Positions 13,431 to 26,579 of a stretch of DNA of 64,000 nucleotides are shown here, piece after piece. The position numbers and the translations under genes are program-made. The DNA is taken from contig CM052817.1 in the NCBI GenBank assembly GCA_028534125.1, positions 61,630,001 to 61,694,000 of the forward strand. The letters run 5' to 3'. Below the pieces are notes generated by a model. That model saw only the letters and a program-made list of their open reading frames with translations, was not told the origin of the DNA and ran no database searches. Position 1 is the first letter of the stretch, and each line of letters opens with the position of its first letter. Origin of the DNA: Lama glama. Its lineage: Eukaryota.

Positions 13431-15180
13431 TTTATATATTTACATTTATTTAAAAATTTTTTATTGAAGCATAGTCAGTTTACTTGTTTTGCTTGGATAG
13501 CATAGTGATTTAGTATTTTATGTATTACATACTATATTAACTCCATTAAGTTATTATAAAATAATGGCTATAATTCCCTGTGCTGTGCAACATATCACTG
13601 TTGCTTATTTTATACGTAGTAGTCTCTATCTCTTAGTCCCATTCCACTGTTTTGTCCCTCTCTCTGGTGGTAATCACTAGTTTTCTGTATCTGTGAGTCT
13701 GTTTTGCTGATATATATTTGTTTTATTTTTTAGATTCCACTTATAATTGATATCAAATATTATTTGGCTTTCTCTGCCTTATTTCACTAATCATAATGTT
13801 CTCTAGGTCCATTCACATTGCTGCAAATGGCAGAATTTCATTTTCTTTTATGACTAAGTGATACTCCATTGTGTGTGTGTGTATATTTCACATCTTTATC
13901 CTTTTGTCTTTTGATGGACACTTGGGTTGCTTTCATATCTTTGCTATTATAAATAGTGCTGCTATGAACATTTGGGTGCGTGTATCTTTTTGACTTTTTT
14001 TTTTTTTTGTGGATATATACCGAGGAGTGGAATTGCTGGATCATATACTAGTTCTATTTCTAGTTTTTAAGGACCCTCCTTACTGTTTTCCATAGTGACT
14101 GCAGCAGTTTACATTCCCAGCAACAGTGACAAGGATTTGCTTTTCTCTGCATCCTTGCCAACATTTGTGGTTTTTTTGTTTGTTTGTTTTTGATGATACC
14201 CATTCTGACCTGTGTGAGATAATATCTCATCATGGCTTTGATTTGCATTTCTCTAGTGTTTAGTAATGTTAAGCATCTTCTCGTGTGCCTATTAGCCATC
14301 TGCATTTCCTCTTTGGAAAAATGTTCAGTTCACATTTCTAAATTGGGTTGTTTTTTGATGTTGAATTGTATGAGCTATTTATATATGTTGGATATTAATC
14401 CCTTATTGCATATCATTTACAAATATTTTCTTCTATTCAGTAGGTTGTTCTCATTTTGTCAGTGGTTTCCTTTTCTGTGCAAAAGCTGTTAAGTTTAATT
14501 AGGTCTCATTTGTTTACTTTTACTTTTATTTCCTTTAGGAGATGGATCCAAAAAACATTGCGATGGTTCATATCAATGAGTGTTCTGCCTAGGTTTTCCT
14601 GTAGGAGTTCTATAGTATATGGTCTTACATGTAGGTCTTTAATCCATTTTGAGTTTATTTTTGTATATTATGTTAGAATGTTCTAATTTTATTCTTTTAC
14701 GTGTAGCTGTCCAGTTTTCCCAGCATTACTTACTGAAGACTGTCTTTTCTCCATTATATTGTCTTGCGTCCTTTGTTGTAGATTAATTGACCATAAGTAC
14801 ATGGGTTTATTTCTGAGCTTTTTATCCGGTTCCATTAATCTGTGTGTCTGTTTTTGTTCCCATACTACACTGTTTTGATTACTGTAGCTTTGTAGTATAG
14901 TTTGAAGTTAGCATGATTCCTCCCGCTCTGTTCTTCTTTTTCGAGATTATTTTGGGTATTTGGGTTTTTTTGTGTTTCTCTATAAATTTTAAAATTATTT
15001 GTTGCAGTTCTGTGAAAAATGCCGTTGGTATTTCAATAGACTGCATTGAATCTGTAGATTGCCTTGGTAGTGTGGTCATTTTAACAATATTGAGTCTTTC
15101 AATCCAAGAATACAGTATATCTTTTCATCTTTTTTGTTGTCTTCAGTTTCTTTCATCAGTGTCTTACAATTTTCAGGGTA
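13431..15180 (-). mobile_element. LINE-1 3' part (ORF2 post-RT region, C-terminus, 3'UTR, degenerate tail)
   Basis: ORFs 14879-15079(-) IPTAFFTELQQIILKF...KKNRAGGI and 14060-14305(-) MANRHTRRC...REMQIK are L1 ORF2p motifs. Confidence 0.92.
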
Positions 15181-15960
15181 AAGGGCTTGTAAACAAGTCT
15201 CAGTCCTGCCTAGGAGGTTGTGGAGCCCCCAGGTGCGGATTCAGTGTTCGGCCCTGCCCCTGCCCGGGCACTGTGCACAGGAGGATGTGGCGGCTGTGGC
15301 TGCACCCCGTTTCTTCTCACGAGATGTGCCAGTAATGGCGGTGCAGGTCTGAAGAGACAGAGGCTATAGCACCCCTCCCCCTAGGGCACACCAGCTGTGT
15401 TGCTTTGCTTTTTTCACAATTTATGGGGGACTGAGGTTGTTCTGCTCCGTATCCCCTCCCAGCCAAGGCACGCAGCACCCTACAGTCCCCCAGGGCTGCC
15501 TCAGTGCAGCCGCCCCAGTCCTCCGCCCGGCTCGGGCGGCCTGTCCTGGCCCCCAGCTGCTGTCCCGCATCTCAGGCTGGGTGTCTCAGGGACCCTCTGT
15601 GCCTATTTTAACTTAGTTCTGTCAGTCAAGGGGTGCTCTGTACAGATCCAAGCCTCGGAGGCTCCCCCTCCATCCTGCTGGCCTCTCCATTGGAGAGGGG
15701 AGACCCAGCGAACGAGTGCTATTCCTCCTTTGCTGCTCCCTCCCCGCAGGACCAGTCCCACACTGTTTTTGCTTTTTCTTTTCTTTTTTCCTTTTCTCCT
15801 ACTAGATTTTTGGCGTCTTTGTCTTTCAAAGAGGGCAATATTCTGTCGGAGTTCCGCAGGTGCTCTGGTTGGCTGAGTGGGTCCGTAGCTGTGAGTTTTG
15901 GTGTATTTGTGGGAGAGGGTGAGCTATAAGCGTCCTACTCCGCCATCTTGCTTCTCTCTC
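15181..15960 (-). mobile_element. Isolated young CpG-rich LINE-1 5'UTR (internal promoter)
   Basis: Minus strand begins GAGAGAGAAGCAAGATGGCGGAGTAGGACG, with a YY1 motif CAAGATGGCG at 15941-15950, a typical L1 5' end; most GC/CpG-rich block in the window; L1 ORF2 on both sides. Confidence 0.8.
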
Positions 15961-18445
15961 CAGAGATTTTTCTTGTTTCTTGAGGAAGGCCTGTATCACT
16001 ATAAACATTCCTCTGAAAACTGGTTTTGTTGCATCTCATAGATTTTGGTGTTTCATGTTTCAATTTTCATTTGCCTTGAGCTGTTTTCTGATTTTTCTCT
16101 GATTTCTTCATCGACCTATTGGGTTTTTAGTAGCATGTTGTTTAGCATCCATATGTTACTTCTTTTCCCATATTTCTTTCGGTAGTTGATTTTTAGTTTC
16201 ATATCATTGTGGCTGGAAAAACTGCTTGGTGTAATTTCTCTTCTTTTAAATTTATTGAGACTAGTTTTGTAGCCTAGCATGTGATCTGTCCTGGAGAACG
16301 TTCTTGTGCACTTGAAAGGAATGTGTTTTCTGCCATTTTGGGATGTAATGTTCTATAGATATCCATTAAAGCCAACTGGTCTGTTGTGTCATTTAAGACC
16401 ACTGTTGCTTTATTGATTTTTTTTCTCTGGATGATCTGTCTATTGATGTAAGCAGGGTGTCAAAGTCTCCTGCTGTTGGATTGTTGTCAGTTTCTCCCTT
16501 TATGCCTGTTAGCATTTGCTTTATAAACTTAGGTGTTGCTGTATTGGGTGTCTATGTGTTAATGAGTGTAATGTACTCTTTTTCTGTGGATCCCTTTATT
16601 ATATAATGCCCCTCTTTGTCTTGTGTTATAGCCTTTGTTTTAAAGTACTGCTATCCCTGCTTTCTTGTTTTTGTTTACATGAAATATCTTTTTTATTCTC
16701 TCCTTTTCAGTCTGTGTGTGTCTATAGTTCTGAACTGGGTCTCTTGCAGGGAGCATATAGATGAATCTTATTGTGTTGTTTTTTTTTTTTTGAATCCAAT
16801 TAGCCACCCTATTTCTTTTGGCATTTGAAGTAAACTATTGATAGTCATGTACTTATTGCTGTTTTATTACTTGGTTTCTTTTTCCTTTTTTTTTTTTTTT
16901 GTAGTTCTTCTCTAGTCATTTCTTTATGAATCTCCCCTTGTGGTTTGATAGTTTTCTTTAGTAATATGCTTGTATTCCTTTCTTTTTAGTTTTTGTGTAT
17001 CTGTTATAGGTTTTTGATTTGTGGTTACCACAGGGTTCATGTATGTTGATCTATAACTTTATTTACCTGTTTTAAACTGGTAGTCATTTAAGTTCAGATA
17101 CATTCTAAAATATCTGTATTTTTACTCCCTTACCTCATTTTTTTTTTGGTATCATATTTTACATTTTCATGTTTATGCCTTCCCTGTTTATTGTAGTTTT
17201 AGTTGTTTGCAGTTTTTTGTCTGTTCCTCTTCATACTGGCTTGTTTAAATGGTTGATCCTCAGTTCTTTCTATGTATTTGCCCTTCCTAGTGGGATTTTC
17301 CCTTTCCTGTAGGTTCTTTTTTCTTTTCTATGTAGAGAAAGCCCTTGAGCATTTCTTTTAGCATATATTTAGTATCGATGGACTCTTAGTTTTTGCTTGC
17401 CCTGTGGAAGTGAAGTCTCATCCCATACTGCTGAAGCAGAAACCCTCAGTGTTGGCCAGAGCTGGCTCTCTCCCCTTTCCTGGAGCTGGGACCTGCGTCC
17501 GAGAGCAGGGGAGAGCTGCAGTGGGGGCCCATTGGGCTTCCACGTCGTGTTCACCGTAGGCAGGGAGTGCATGGCTGTCTCTGATGCATTGCCTGTGTAG
17601 GCGTGCGCAGTTGTTTCTCTAGCCGTGCTCAAGCACAGTTTCTGGTCCAGGTCCTCTTTGTCACTCATAGCTAATCACTGCCTCCAGCCCTTGCCCCTGC
17701 TCTGATGTGGAGTGGCACTACAGGACAGGTAGGGCCCGTGCAGACTCTTGGTGTATATCAGGATGTGAGCTGTGGTGGAGTGACCTCTATCAGAGTTCTG
17801 GGCCACTTCAGTGTGCTGCTTGAGCAATCACCAATAATGGCTGCCATTACCCCACCCAGGCTCTGTCCTGGGACCAGGTCGCCTCTGTGTATCATGGCCA
17901 AGGTTTCTCCTCAGCTGTGGCAGTCCTAGATCCTAGTGCCATGCTATAACATGGCGTAAGTAGAGCTGGAGCTTTTTCTCCACTTGAGCTGGTGGACGTG
18001 CTGAGGCAGTTATGGGAAACCTATTTCCATGCTCTCTGCCCTGCCTCGGGGCAAGTCAGCATGTGTGCTCCTCATGAGTGAAGTCCAGGCTTCCCACAGC
18101 TTCCCTTCTAGTTCCAGCAGTCCTCCAACCAGCCAGGGAAGCTTGTCTCCCCTGTGTGGGACCCCAGAACTGGGGCACCCAATCTGTGGCTCTCACCACT
18201 TACCCCCATGGCAGGTCTCTGCCTGTGTATTCTGCCATTTATTCTGAGTTTCTCCCAAGGGCACAGGTTCTTTTCTTCCTATTTAATTACATGTAAATAT
18301 TTCTTATAACCTTGATCGTACAGGAGTCTTTCTTCCAGTTTCCAATTCGTTTTCTGTGAGAATTGTTCCACATGTATATGTATTTTTGATATGTTTGGGG
18401 AGAGGTGACTTCCACATCCTCCTACCTCCATCTTGATCAATCTTT
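15961..18445 (-). mobile_element. LINE-1 5' part: ORF2 N-terminus (EN), spacer, ORF1 C-terminal remnant, older 5'UTR
   Basis: IQAFLKKQEKS at ~15965-16000; ORF2 start region ~16860; ORF1 end KEMLKG at ~17340-17360; minus-strand 5' end GATCAAGATGGAGGTAGGAGGATGTGG at ~18440. Confidence 0.82.
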
Positions 18446-18460
18446 ATTTTTAGTATTTTA

Positions 18461-18990
18461 GTCTTCCCCTTTTACTCTACACGTGTTTTAGATTGGTCAT
18501 AATTACTGTATTTTATAGTATAACAACATTATGAAAGTATAATTTTAATGACTACTTAATGTCACATCCTTCTGTTGTACAATAATTTCCTCAGCCAGTC
18601 TAATACTATTAGGCACTTTGGTTGTTTTTTTATTAGAAGTAATGTTGAGATGAACACTTCTGGTATATGGCTGTTTATATGGTCATGATTTTACCTTAGG
18701 CTATTTACCAATGGTGGAATTTTAATGATTCAAGGAAGCATACGTTATAAGGTTCTAGACATATGCTTTCAAAATCAGTGTCTGAAGAGATTGTGCTTAT
18801 TTTTGTCAACAGTGGCAGTGTGTCAGAGTTCCTGTTTTATTTTACCATTTCAGTATTGATTTTTCTTATATTTTCAGAAGTTTTTGCTAATTTGATATTT
18901 AAAAAAATAATTCTGTTCTTCTTTGATTATTACTATGGATCAACCGTAATAGATCCATTTGGCCACTGACTTTTTAATTTTACTTTTTAT
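18461..18990 (-). mobile_element. Ancient L1ME-like 3' fragment (continues ~13330-13415), interrupted by the younger L1
   Basis: GGTTGTTTTTT...AATGTTGAGATGAACAC...TTACCTTAGG...GGTGGAAT pattern of antisense old L1 3' region. Confidence 0.5.
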
Positions 18991-20897
18991 GATATTTCAA
19001 TCAAATTTTAGAGTAGCAGTGTGGTATGGGCACATGAGGGGAACTTAATAGATGCTTGTTGCTGGAGTATTTTATGTAGCTAGGACATGATGTAAAATTG
19101 TTCTCATTGACATTTTCTATTTTCACCTTCTTTACACCATTATAATAAAAAACCCTTCAGGTTCACTGGAAATGAGGTTACTGTTGCTCTGAGAAATGTA
19201 CAGTAATCAGTTCTTTTATAATATATAAGCTTCAGATGATAACACTTTCACGTCTCTGAGGGTCATGCTGACAATAAGTTAGGGTAAAAGCAACAAATAT
19301 CAAGTTCAGCTGTTTTTCCTTGATCACTGAATATTCTCAGTAAATGCTTTTTTCCAAGGATGTTTTTTCCCTCTCTTTTGTATACACTGTACAGTCCCTC
19401 CCTGCCAACGTGTAGAAAAGAGAAACAGTACTTTGCATGAATAATTTTCTTTCCCCTTTTCTTTCTAAAACATTCTTGTTTTACTCTTCAGAAACAGTGG
19501 CCAAGGATCTGAAGGACTCAAGAATACCAGTCAGCTTCCTACTGTAGGAAAAAGCTTTTGCATCAAGCTGGTCTCTGCTGGTATCCAAGATTTGAGGCAG
19601 GAGTACAGCCAAGTGTTTACCCGTGGGGAGCGGGAGGGACTCCGGTGACTGCTGTTATTTTACTTTAGAACCTGAATTCTTAAAAGGAAGGAAGCAGATG
19701 TGTCAGGGCCACCTCTCAGTTGTTTTGCAGTTGTACAGAACCACAGAGAAACAGGTGAATTTATAGCTTTTTTTTAAACCCTACATCAGGTTGGCTGTGG
19801 AATGAGATCCAAATGGCACAGTCTCTTTTTTTCCTGTCTTATGTGCTTTAAAATGAAACTCTTAAGGAACAAGGAGAGAGAATTTTACAGGCTGTTGCTG
19901 TCTATCAACTCAAGACACATAGCTTTTTGAGTCATGTTCTCTTATCACTGTATATGTTGGCATATATTTGCTTCCAGTCCAAGTGAAGTATTTTTACTAT
20001 TTTGTGTTAAAGACCTGCTACAATTTGTTCCACGCTTGTTGGGCATTTTCTGTCTTTAATGAGTACCATATTAACTTGATAACACTATGAATAGGTATAT
20101 AACCATATATTCCCAATAGTTGAATAGGTCATTTTGTTCCTGTCTCTTGGAGTAGTGTCTAGTCGTTTTCCAGGGTTAGAAATTCAGTGCAGGGGAGAGA
20201 AGGTATAAATTTGGTGTGTGAATGGAAACTAGCAGTGGATTGTGTTATTGTCCAAAGGTCAGAAATAAAGCAAGATTGAGATGCAAGCCTACATCAAATG
20301 TCTTATCACAGAGACAAAGCAAATGCAATTTGATTTGTATTTTAAATTAAAAAATCTTTAAAAGTCTGTTCTTAAAATAGATAAAATATACTGCATACCT
20401 ATAAAGATAAAACCTAAACTGTTTTTCTTGAAGCTGTTGATTACAAGTAGTCAGAACAAATATGCCAAGTATGCAGGTCTCCTGGGGTTGCATGGTGTTT
20501 TCCCCCTTGTGTGTTGAGTGGCTTCCTCAGTGTCAGGTACATAGTAGGTAGTTAGCTGATGCTAATTGGGCTAGTTTGGCATGATTTTTTAAAACAGGGA
20601 TCAGATGTCTTTATTATATATATTATGTATAACATACAATTTATTTTTTATAATTTATATTATATATTTATACACGTAATAGAAAGCAGGAAGCAAATAT
20701 CTTATATATAATTATATACAATGTGTGTATAAAATTCTTTTGTAGTGCATAACATAGTGTTAGGAAGATTGGGTCGAAGATTTACTGGTTACAAGGAAAA
20801 ATCAGATGTTTATGATTCCCGGTGAAGTGAGAAAAAGATAGTATAATAAAGGTGATTGCTTATTAAAGTTCTCAAATTATTAATTTTCAGACTCAGT

Positions 20898-21295
20898 ATG
20901 TTTAGTTACAATAATGCTAACAGTTGCATAATGATATCTCATAATGTATCATGCTCAACCATTAGAAGAAATAGAAATATATTTCTTATTCACATGGAGT
21001 TCAGAACAGATTTTCTGTCTAGTGGATGGTTCTTGGAGTAGTGATTCAGGGACTCAGGCTGATCTTTATGGCTCCATCATTTTACATGTATGGCTTCCAT
21101 GGTGCTTCTGTGCTTCAAGGCAGCTGAAGGGAGAGACCAGGGGAGTTACATGTTGGAGGTTTTCATGGACCAGGCCTGGAGGTGCTTCAATGCCTTTGCT
21201 CCATCCCATTGGCTAGAACTTATTCGTAGGTCCTCACCTACCTGCCAGGGACTAGGAATCTAGGCTAGCTATGGGCTAGAACATAGATAATCAAC
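20898..21295 (-). mobile_element. MLT1-type (MaLR) solo LTR
   Basis: GTGATTCAGGGACTCAGGCTGA...GGCTCCATCAT...CCAGGCCTGGAGGTG...CCCATTGGCTAGAACT motifs typical of MLT1J/K. Confidence 0.7.
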
Positions 21296-21889
21296 TGCAA
21301 CTCAGTCTTCTTTCGTCACTGTTTCATTCATGAATAAAATGACTCTAATAGGGCCATTATACTCCAGTCCAGGCTGATTATTAAGAGAATTAATGGCTCT
21401 TTTAAAAAATCAAAGTTATACTGAGTGTTTGAATACAAAATTCCTAAGTTTAAGAACTGCTAAGCTTTGATACCTTGGTCATGACAACTTTCTCCAGGAC
21501 CAGGGAGGGAACCTTTGAATCCAAATATTTTCTCTGTGTAAAAGGCCCACCCACAATAACATTCACTTGCAGAAGGAAATGATTTATTGCTCCCTGGGAA
21601 TGAGTGCCAAAAAAAGTTTTCTACTGAAATGTGGTGCCAGTATTTCCATATAAACACAATTTTACCATATTCAGAGGTGTGGAAATTTATTTTTTCCATA
21701 GAATTTATAGGTTTTGAGATGTAAAGAGTCCTCATAAAGTCCTTGTGCTGTCTGAAAACGTGAAAATATTTAACTTTTATAGTTCAAAAATTTATGTTGT
21801 AGAAATGATAGAAACAATATCTAGAGGATGTTTAAAGCTTTTTTTCTTCCAGGTTACTTGGTCTGCTTGGCAAAGGATATTGTTTTATA

Positions 21890-22480
21890 TTCTCATTCAT
21901 TAAACAAACATTTATTGGGCCCCAGGTGTGTGTTGTGTGATGGGCAACATTTATTAGCCAGTTTGGGGAGAGAAACTCTTCATCTATGACTCAACACATA
22001 ATCCGTCCTGTTACAGAGGAAATGGTGGAGGAAGAAGACTGATGTTTTTGAGGAGAGTTTCTGAAGCTTTTGTAAAGAAGATAACATATCTTGGCCTTGA
22101 ATAATCCATTGGTATTTGCTTGGAATAGAAAAGGTTAAGAGTATTCAAGGCAAAGAAGAGCATGGGCCAAAGTGATGAAGGTTTTGACAATTCATGACAC
22201 GACTGGGATCTTGGAATTTGTTTTGAAAGGCTGGAAGTTTGGCAGTTTGGGGAGGGATTGTGGGATGTGTGTCTTTCCCAATAGGCTGGACTGGTTTTGT
22301 AGATCAGACTGAGGCTTTTAGCTTTTTCTCTGTAGGCACTAGGTAGGTATGTGAGTTTTTAATTTGGATGATGATATAACCTGTATTTCAGATCTGTATT
22401 TTAGAAAGATAACCCTGTTTGCTCTGAAAATGTGTTAATGTTGAAAAGACCCGAGGCAGGGAAGAGAGGATGAGAATGGT
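21890..22480 (-). mobile_element. L2 LINE 3' fragment
   Basis: CATTCATTAAACAAACATTTATTGGGCCCCAGGTGTGTG tail; CTGTATTTTAGAAAGATAACCCTG. Confidence 0.65.
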
Positions 22481-22889
22481 CACTGGGAGTGGAGACCTCA
22501 AGATGCCTGGGGGAGAGAGTTCACGGATAGAATTGCCAAAAGTGTGTCAAAAATGTGTCATCATTTAGTTTCCGAAAGTGACTTTTCGGTTTATCATGAG
22601 AAATTGAAAAGATAATAAGGAAAATTGAATAGTGTATGTGACTCAGACTTTAATAAATTTATTTTAAATACAGTGGCTAGGTTTTACATTATATACTAAA
22701 CACAGGAAAGCAAATAAAAGCTAAAAACAGACAAGAAGATTAAGACAACCTGTATTGCTTCATATTGTAAAAATAATGTTTTACTTGAAGGCTTCTTGCC
22801 TCGTTTCATCTCATGTAAGGGTTTTAACCACTGTTTTAATTTTAGTAGCAGATTGGTTAATTACACATGTGTGTTCAGAGATGAGCAGG

Positions 22890-23700
22890 TCATGAGGACA
22901 AGTTATAAAACTCCTGCCTGTGTGCAGTTGAATATTCTCTTAAAGGAAACAGTATGTTAAATAAACAAGACATTCTACATCCAGTGGCAGGTGGTCATAA
23001 CAGCTATGGAGTCTAAGAAAGGAGGGCAGGGGGCATGTTGGAGACACCTGAAGGTCATTCTGAAACAAGCTGTCCGGATTCCTAGAGAAGGATTTCCAAG
23101 TAGAGGGAAAAGCCAGTACCGAGACTGAGGCAGAGACTTCGGGTCCTGCATGTGAGGAACCCCCGGAATGGCAGTGGGGCTGGAAGAGTGTGACAGAGGG
23201 AAGGAGATGGGGCGTGGGAGGGAGATGGAGCTGCATCACTGCAGCCTTGTAGGCTGTTGTTGGGCTCGGGCACTTTCCCTGAATTAAACAGGACAGAGAG
23301 TTTTGAGTGGAGATAGGACATCTATCTGACTGAACTGTTGAAGGCATTGGCTGTTACGTTGAGAGAAGACTGTAGTGGGCCAGGGTGGGAGGCGGTAAGG
23401 GGGCTACCTTGACAATCTAGTTAAGAGAGAAAATGGTAGCTTAGACCAAGGGCGTGAGAAATGATCACACTCACTGTGTATGCTGGCAGATTGCATGTGT
23501 GGGATGAGAGAGAGGAGTCAAGGGTAACACCAAGGTTTTTGGCCTGTACAACTGGAGGAATGGAGTTAGCGATGTCAAGATGAGGAAAGCCAGAATGTGG
23601 GTTGGAAACGTCAGGAGTTTCCTGAGGCATCATTATGTTGCTTTGTCTGTAAGACACACAGGTGGAAATGCTAAGTGGGCAGTTGCCAAGGAGGCTACCC
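22890..23700 (-). mobile_element. L2a LINE fragment
   Basis: GAGGAGTCAAGGGTAACACCAAGGTTTTTGGCCTGTACAACTGGAGGAATGGAG; ORF 23421-23657(-) contains AKNLGVTLDSSLS, an L2/CR1-clade ORF2 motif. Confidence 0.85.
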
Positions 23701-24149
23701 TGGAAGTCTGAGAGTCAGAGTTTGAGTATGTCGTGATTATATTTGGAGAAAAAAATAGTTATTTTAAAACTGGTTGCCAATAACTCAGATATTGTCTGTT
23801 CATAAATATTTAAATAGATTATAACATTTTAAAATGAATAGGGACATTTTGTAATGACAAGAAAAAATAGAATGTTTCTATAAAAACAGAAAATTAAAAA
23901 AAAATTTAGTGACCTTTTCCTGTTTTATTCATATTAAAATTCTTTAAAAAAAAAACCTCACATTCTCATTTTTATAAACCTAGAATTTGGTAAAGAACTT
24001 TCTCTAATTTGGCTCAGAAAGTAAGCTTTCCTGAATCCACAGCGTGTTACTGCCGTATGTAAACATTATGCTTACTGATTGTTTACCTATGTCCTTATTC
24101 TGCTTTCCAGTAATAAGAGTTTTTGACAGGGTCACACAGTGAGTGCCAA

Positions 24150-24392
24150 AGAGCAGAACGGCTTGGTTGTTAAAAGAGTGTGGGCTCTGGAACACATCCT
24201 AGCCTTGCACTTTATTAGCTGGCTGAACTTAGGCAAATTACTTACCATCCCTCTGCCATGATTTCCTTATTGGTAAACTACAGATAAAGCAACTGTAGGA
24301 TTGTGGTGAAGATTAAAGGTGTTGAAGCATATAAAGTCCTTAGAACAGTATGCGGCCTACAGTAAGTGCATAAATGTTAGCTATTATTATCT
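24150..24392 (+). mobile_element. MIR SINE, near full length
   Basis: AAGAGTGTGGGCTCTGGA...TTAGGCAAATTACTTA...GTGAAGATTAAAG...TAGAACAGT...ATAAATGTTAGCTATTATTA. Confidence 0.85.
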
Positions 24393-24479
24393 GCTATTGA
24401 TTCAGTGGTTAGTATGTGTCAAAATTTATAGTGGGCACCCTGCATGTATTATTTTACCACATAATTTTGAACTATTTTC

Positions 24480-24960
24480 TCCACGGAATATATTCACTGC
24501 ATAAAATAACAGCATTAATGGGAAACTAAATTAAAAAAAAATTAGTGTGAACTCTACCACCTCAAATTAATGAGGTATTTTTTTTCTTAGTCCGTCTTAA
24601 ATATGTTCACTTGCATATTTAATGTATCTTCCTGTCATTTTCCATGTTGTAACATGGTCATAATGATTATGTTTTAATGTAACAAAAATTACTTGGTTAT
24701 ACCTCTGCTGATGGATATTTGGACTATTATAATTATAAACAGTGCTGTTAAGTAATATTAGGAATTATGCATTTTTTCCAGCAAATAATTCTCCTTTATT
24801 TCATTTTTTTCACTTATTTCCTGAGATTATATTCCTAAAAATAGAATTACTAGGAAAAAGAATGACTGCTTTGAAACATTTTGCTAAATTTCTGTCAGAA
24901 CTCTCCAACATCTCCTCCTGATGTATAGTCAATATCAGTAATACTTTTTGTTTTGCTAAC
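24480..24960 (-). mobile_element. Ancient L1ME-like 3' fragment
   Basis: CTCTGCTGATGGATATTTGG...TAAACAGTGCTGT...ATTCCTAAAAATAGAATTACTAGG. Confidence 0.45.
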
Positions 24961-25037
24961 TTAGTGGTTATTGGTAATATTGGTAAATCAATATTGGAAA
25001 TGTTTTAATAATCTTATTTTTGTTAATTTGATGGGAC

Positions 25038-25265
25038 ATGTTGATAAAGAATATGGGTGCTAGAATTAGGCTGTCTGGGTTCAAATCCCAGAATCACCCC
25101 TCACTAGATGTGTGATCTTGGAAAGGTTACTTATCTATTCTAAGCATTGGTTTTACTGGTCTCTAAAGTGTGAATAATGCTGTTTCCCGCCTAATGGGGC
25201 TATTGTAAGGAGTAAGTTAGACGATATGTATAAAAAAAGGGCAGTGTCTGACATTTTATAAGTTT
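25038..25265 (+). mobile_element. MIR SINE
   Basis: GGCTGTCTGGGTTCAAATCCCAG...CACTAGATGTGTGATCTTGGAAAGGTTACTTA. Confidence 0.8.
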
Positions 25266-26579
25266 ACTTTTATTATACTGAATTTTTCTGTACTTTTGCC
25301 TAATGTAAACAGTTATGTCAAAGAGTTCATATTTGTTTACGTTTTTTATTCTGTGGATTTTTTGGAGGACTTAGCCTTTTTTATGCTAAACAATGACATG
25401 TTCGAAGACTATAGTAAATGTATATATTTTATCTGGTGTTTTGGCATTGTGTGGTTTCTTTGGTCTGTTGATTTTTCTTTTACTTCTGTTTTATTTAAAA
25501 ATATATGTGTCATTACAACCCCTTCTCATATCTGATAGTTTTAGTTGGTGCTAGTATTTACATAATTTGAACTGTTTGGATGTAACTCTCATTCTGTTTG
25601 GAATTTCTTGTAAAATGTGAAATACGGATCTAAATTAGTATTCCTAAATTGTTGATCATTATTCTTCCCATTGCCATTGTTTTTCAATAGCACAAGTTAT
25701 TTTTCTATAGAAATAAAAATCAAGATCTGAAATGCTTAATATAAATCTAGCTATCACATTGTTTTCTGCAGTTTATCTTATAAAAAGTGAATTTCACATT
25801 AATTCGTCTTACAACTTAGAAGGCACATCTATCAAGGAAAACAAAGTGATCCAGACTCATCCTGTTCTGAAAGTCTCTTGTTGGAAAAGAAAGGTGCAAG
25901 TAACTTTCCTTCTCCACGTGTCTGTCTGTGTAAAGATACAGACAGTGATTTCACACTTGTCAAGTCCTTTGAGAATTCATGGCCAGGATAGAAGACAACA
26001 GTTTGATTCTAAGAAGAGCGTACCACAAAATCCCTAGAAATTTTGTTTTCAGGCACTGACCTTTTCAAATACTGTGCCATTTTTTTTTTCATCGTTTCAG
26101 GAATTTCCCCTTTTCATCCCTTGATTAGTTCAGATTCTGGCTCTTCAATTTCTTAGGTTTGTGGCCTATGACATATTAGCCTAAAGGCCTCGGCTTCTCT
26201 TCCTGGTCTGCAAAACGGGAATCCTAGTATCTCCCCTGTAGGCAGAGCTAATCATTGGCCATGTGCTATTGTTGCACTCAGCTGGTGTTACTCTTACTGA
26301 TGAGTGCCTGTGTCTCGTGAGTTGCTAAATGCTTCTAAAATTTCTTCCAGGGTTACTGTGAGGATGAGAGATAGTATCTACTCTGTGCTCCAAGTTCAGT
26401 GGGATGATGGGAGATACAAGCACCTCAGGAGAAGGTATCAGGATGATGCAGAGAACCTTCTCTGATGACTCCACTCTTTTCTCTTCCACCCACTTCTCTG
26501 GGGAGCTTCTCATACTGGATGGAATGTGTTATATGCCTCAAATGCATTGGGGTGGAAAAGACTGGAAACCACAATTCTC

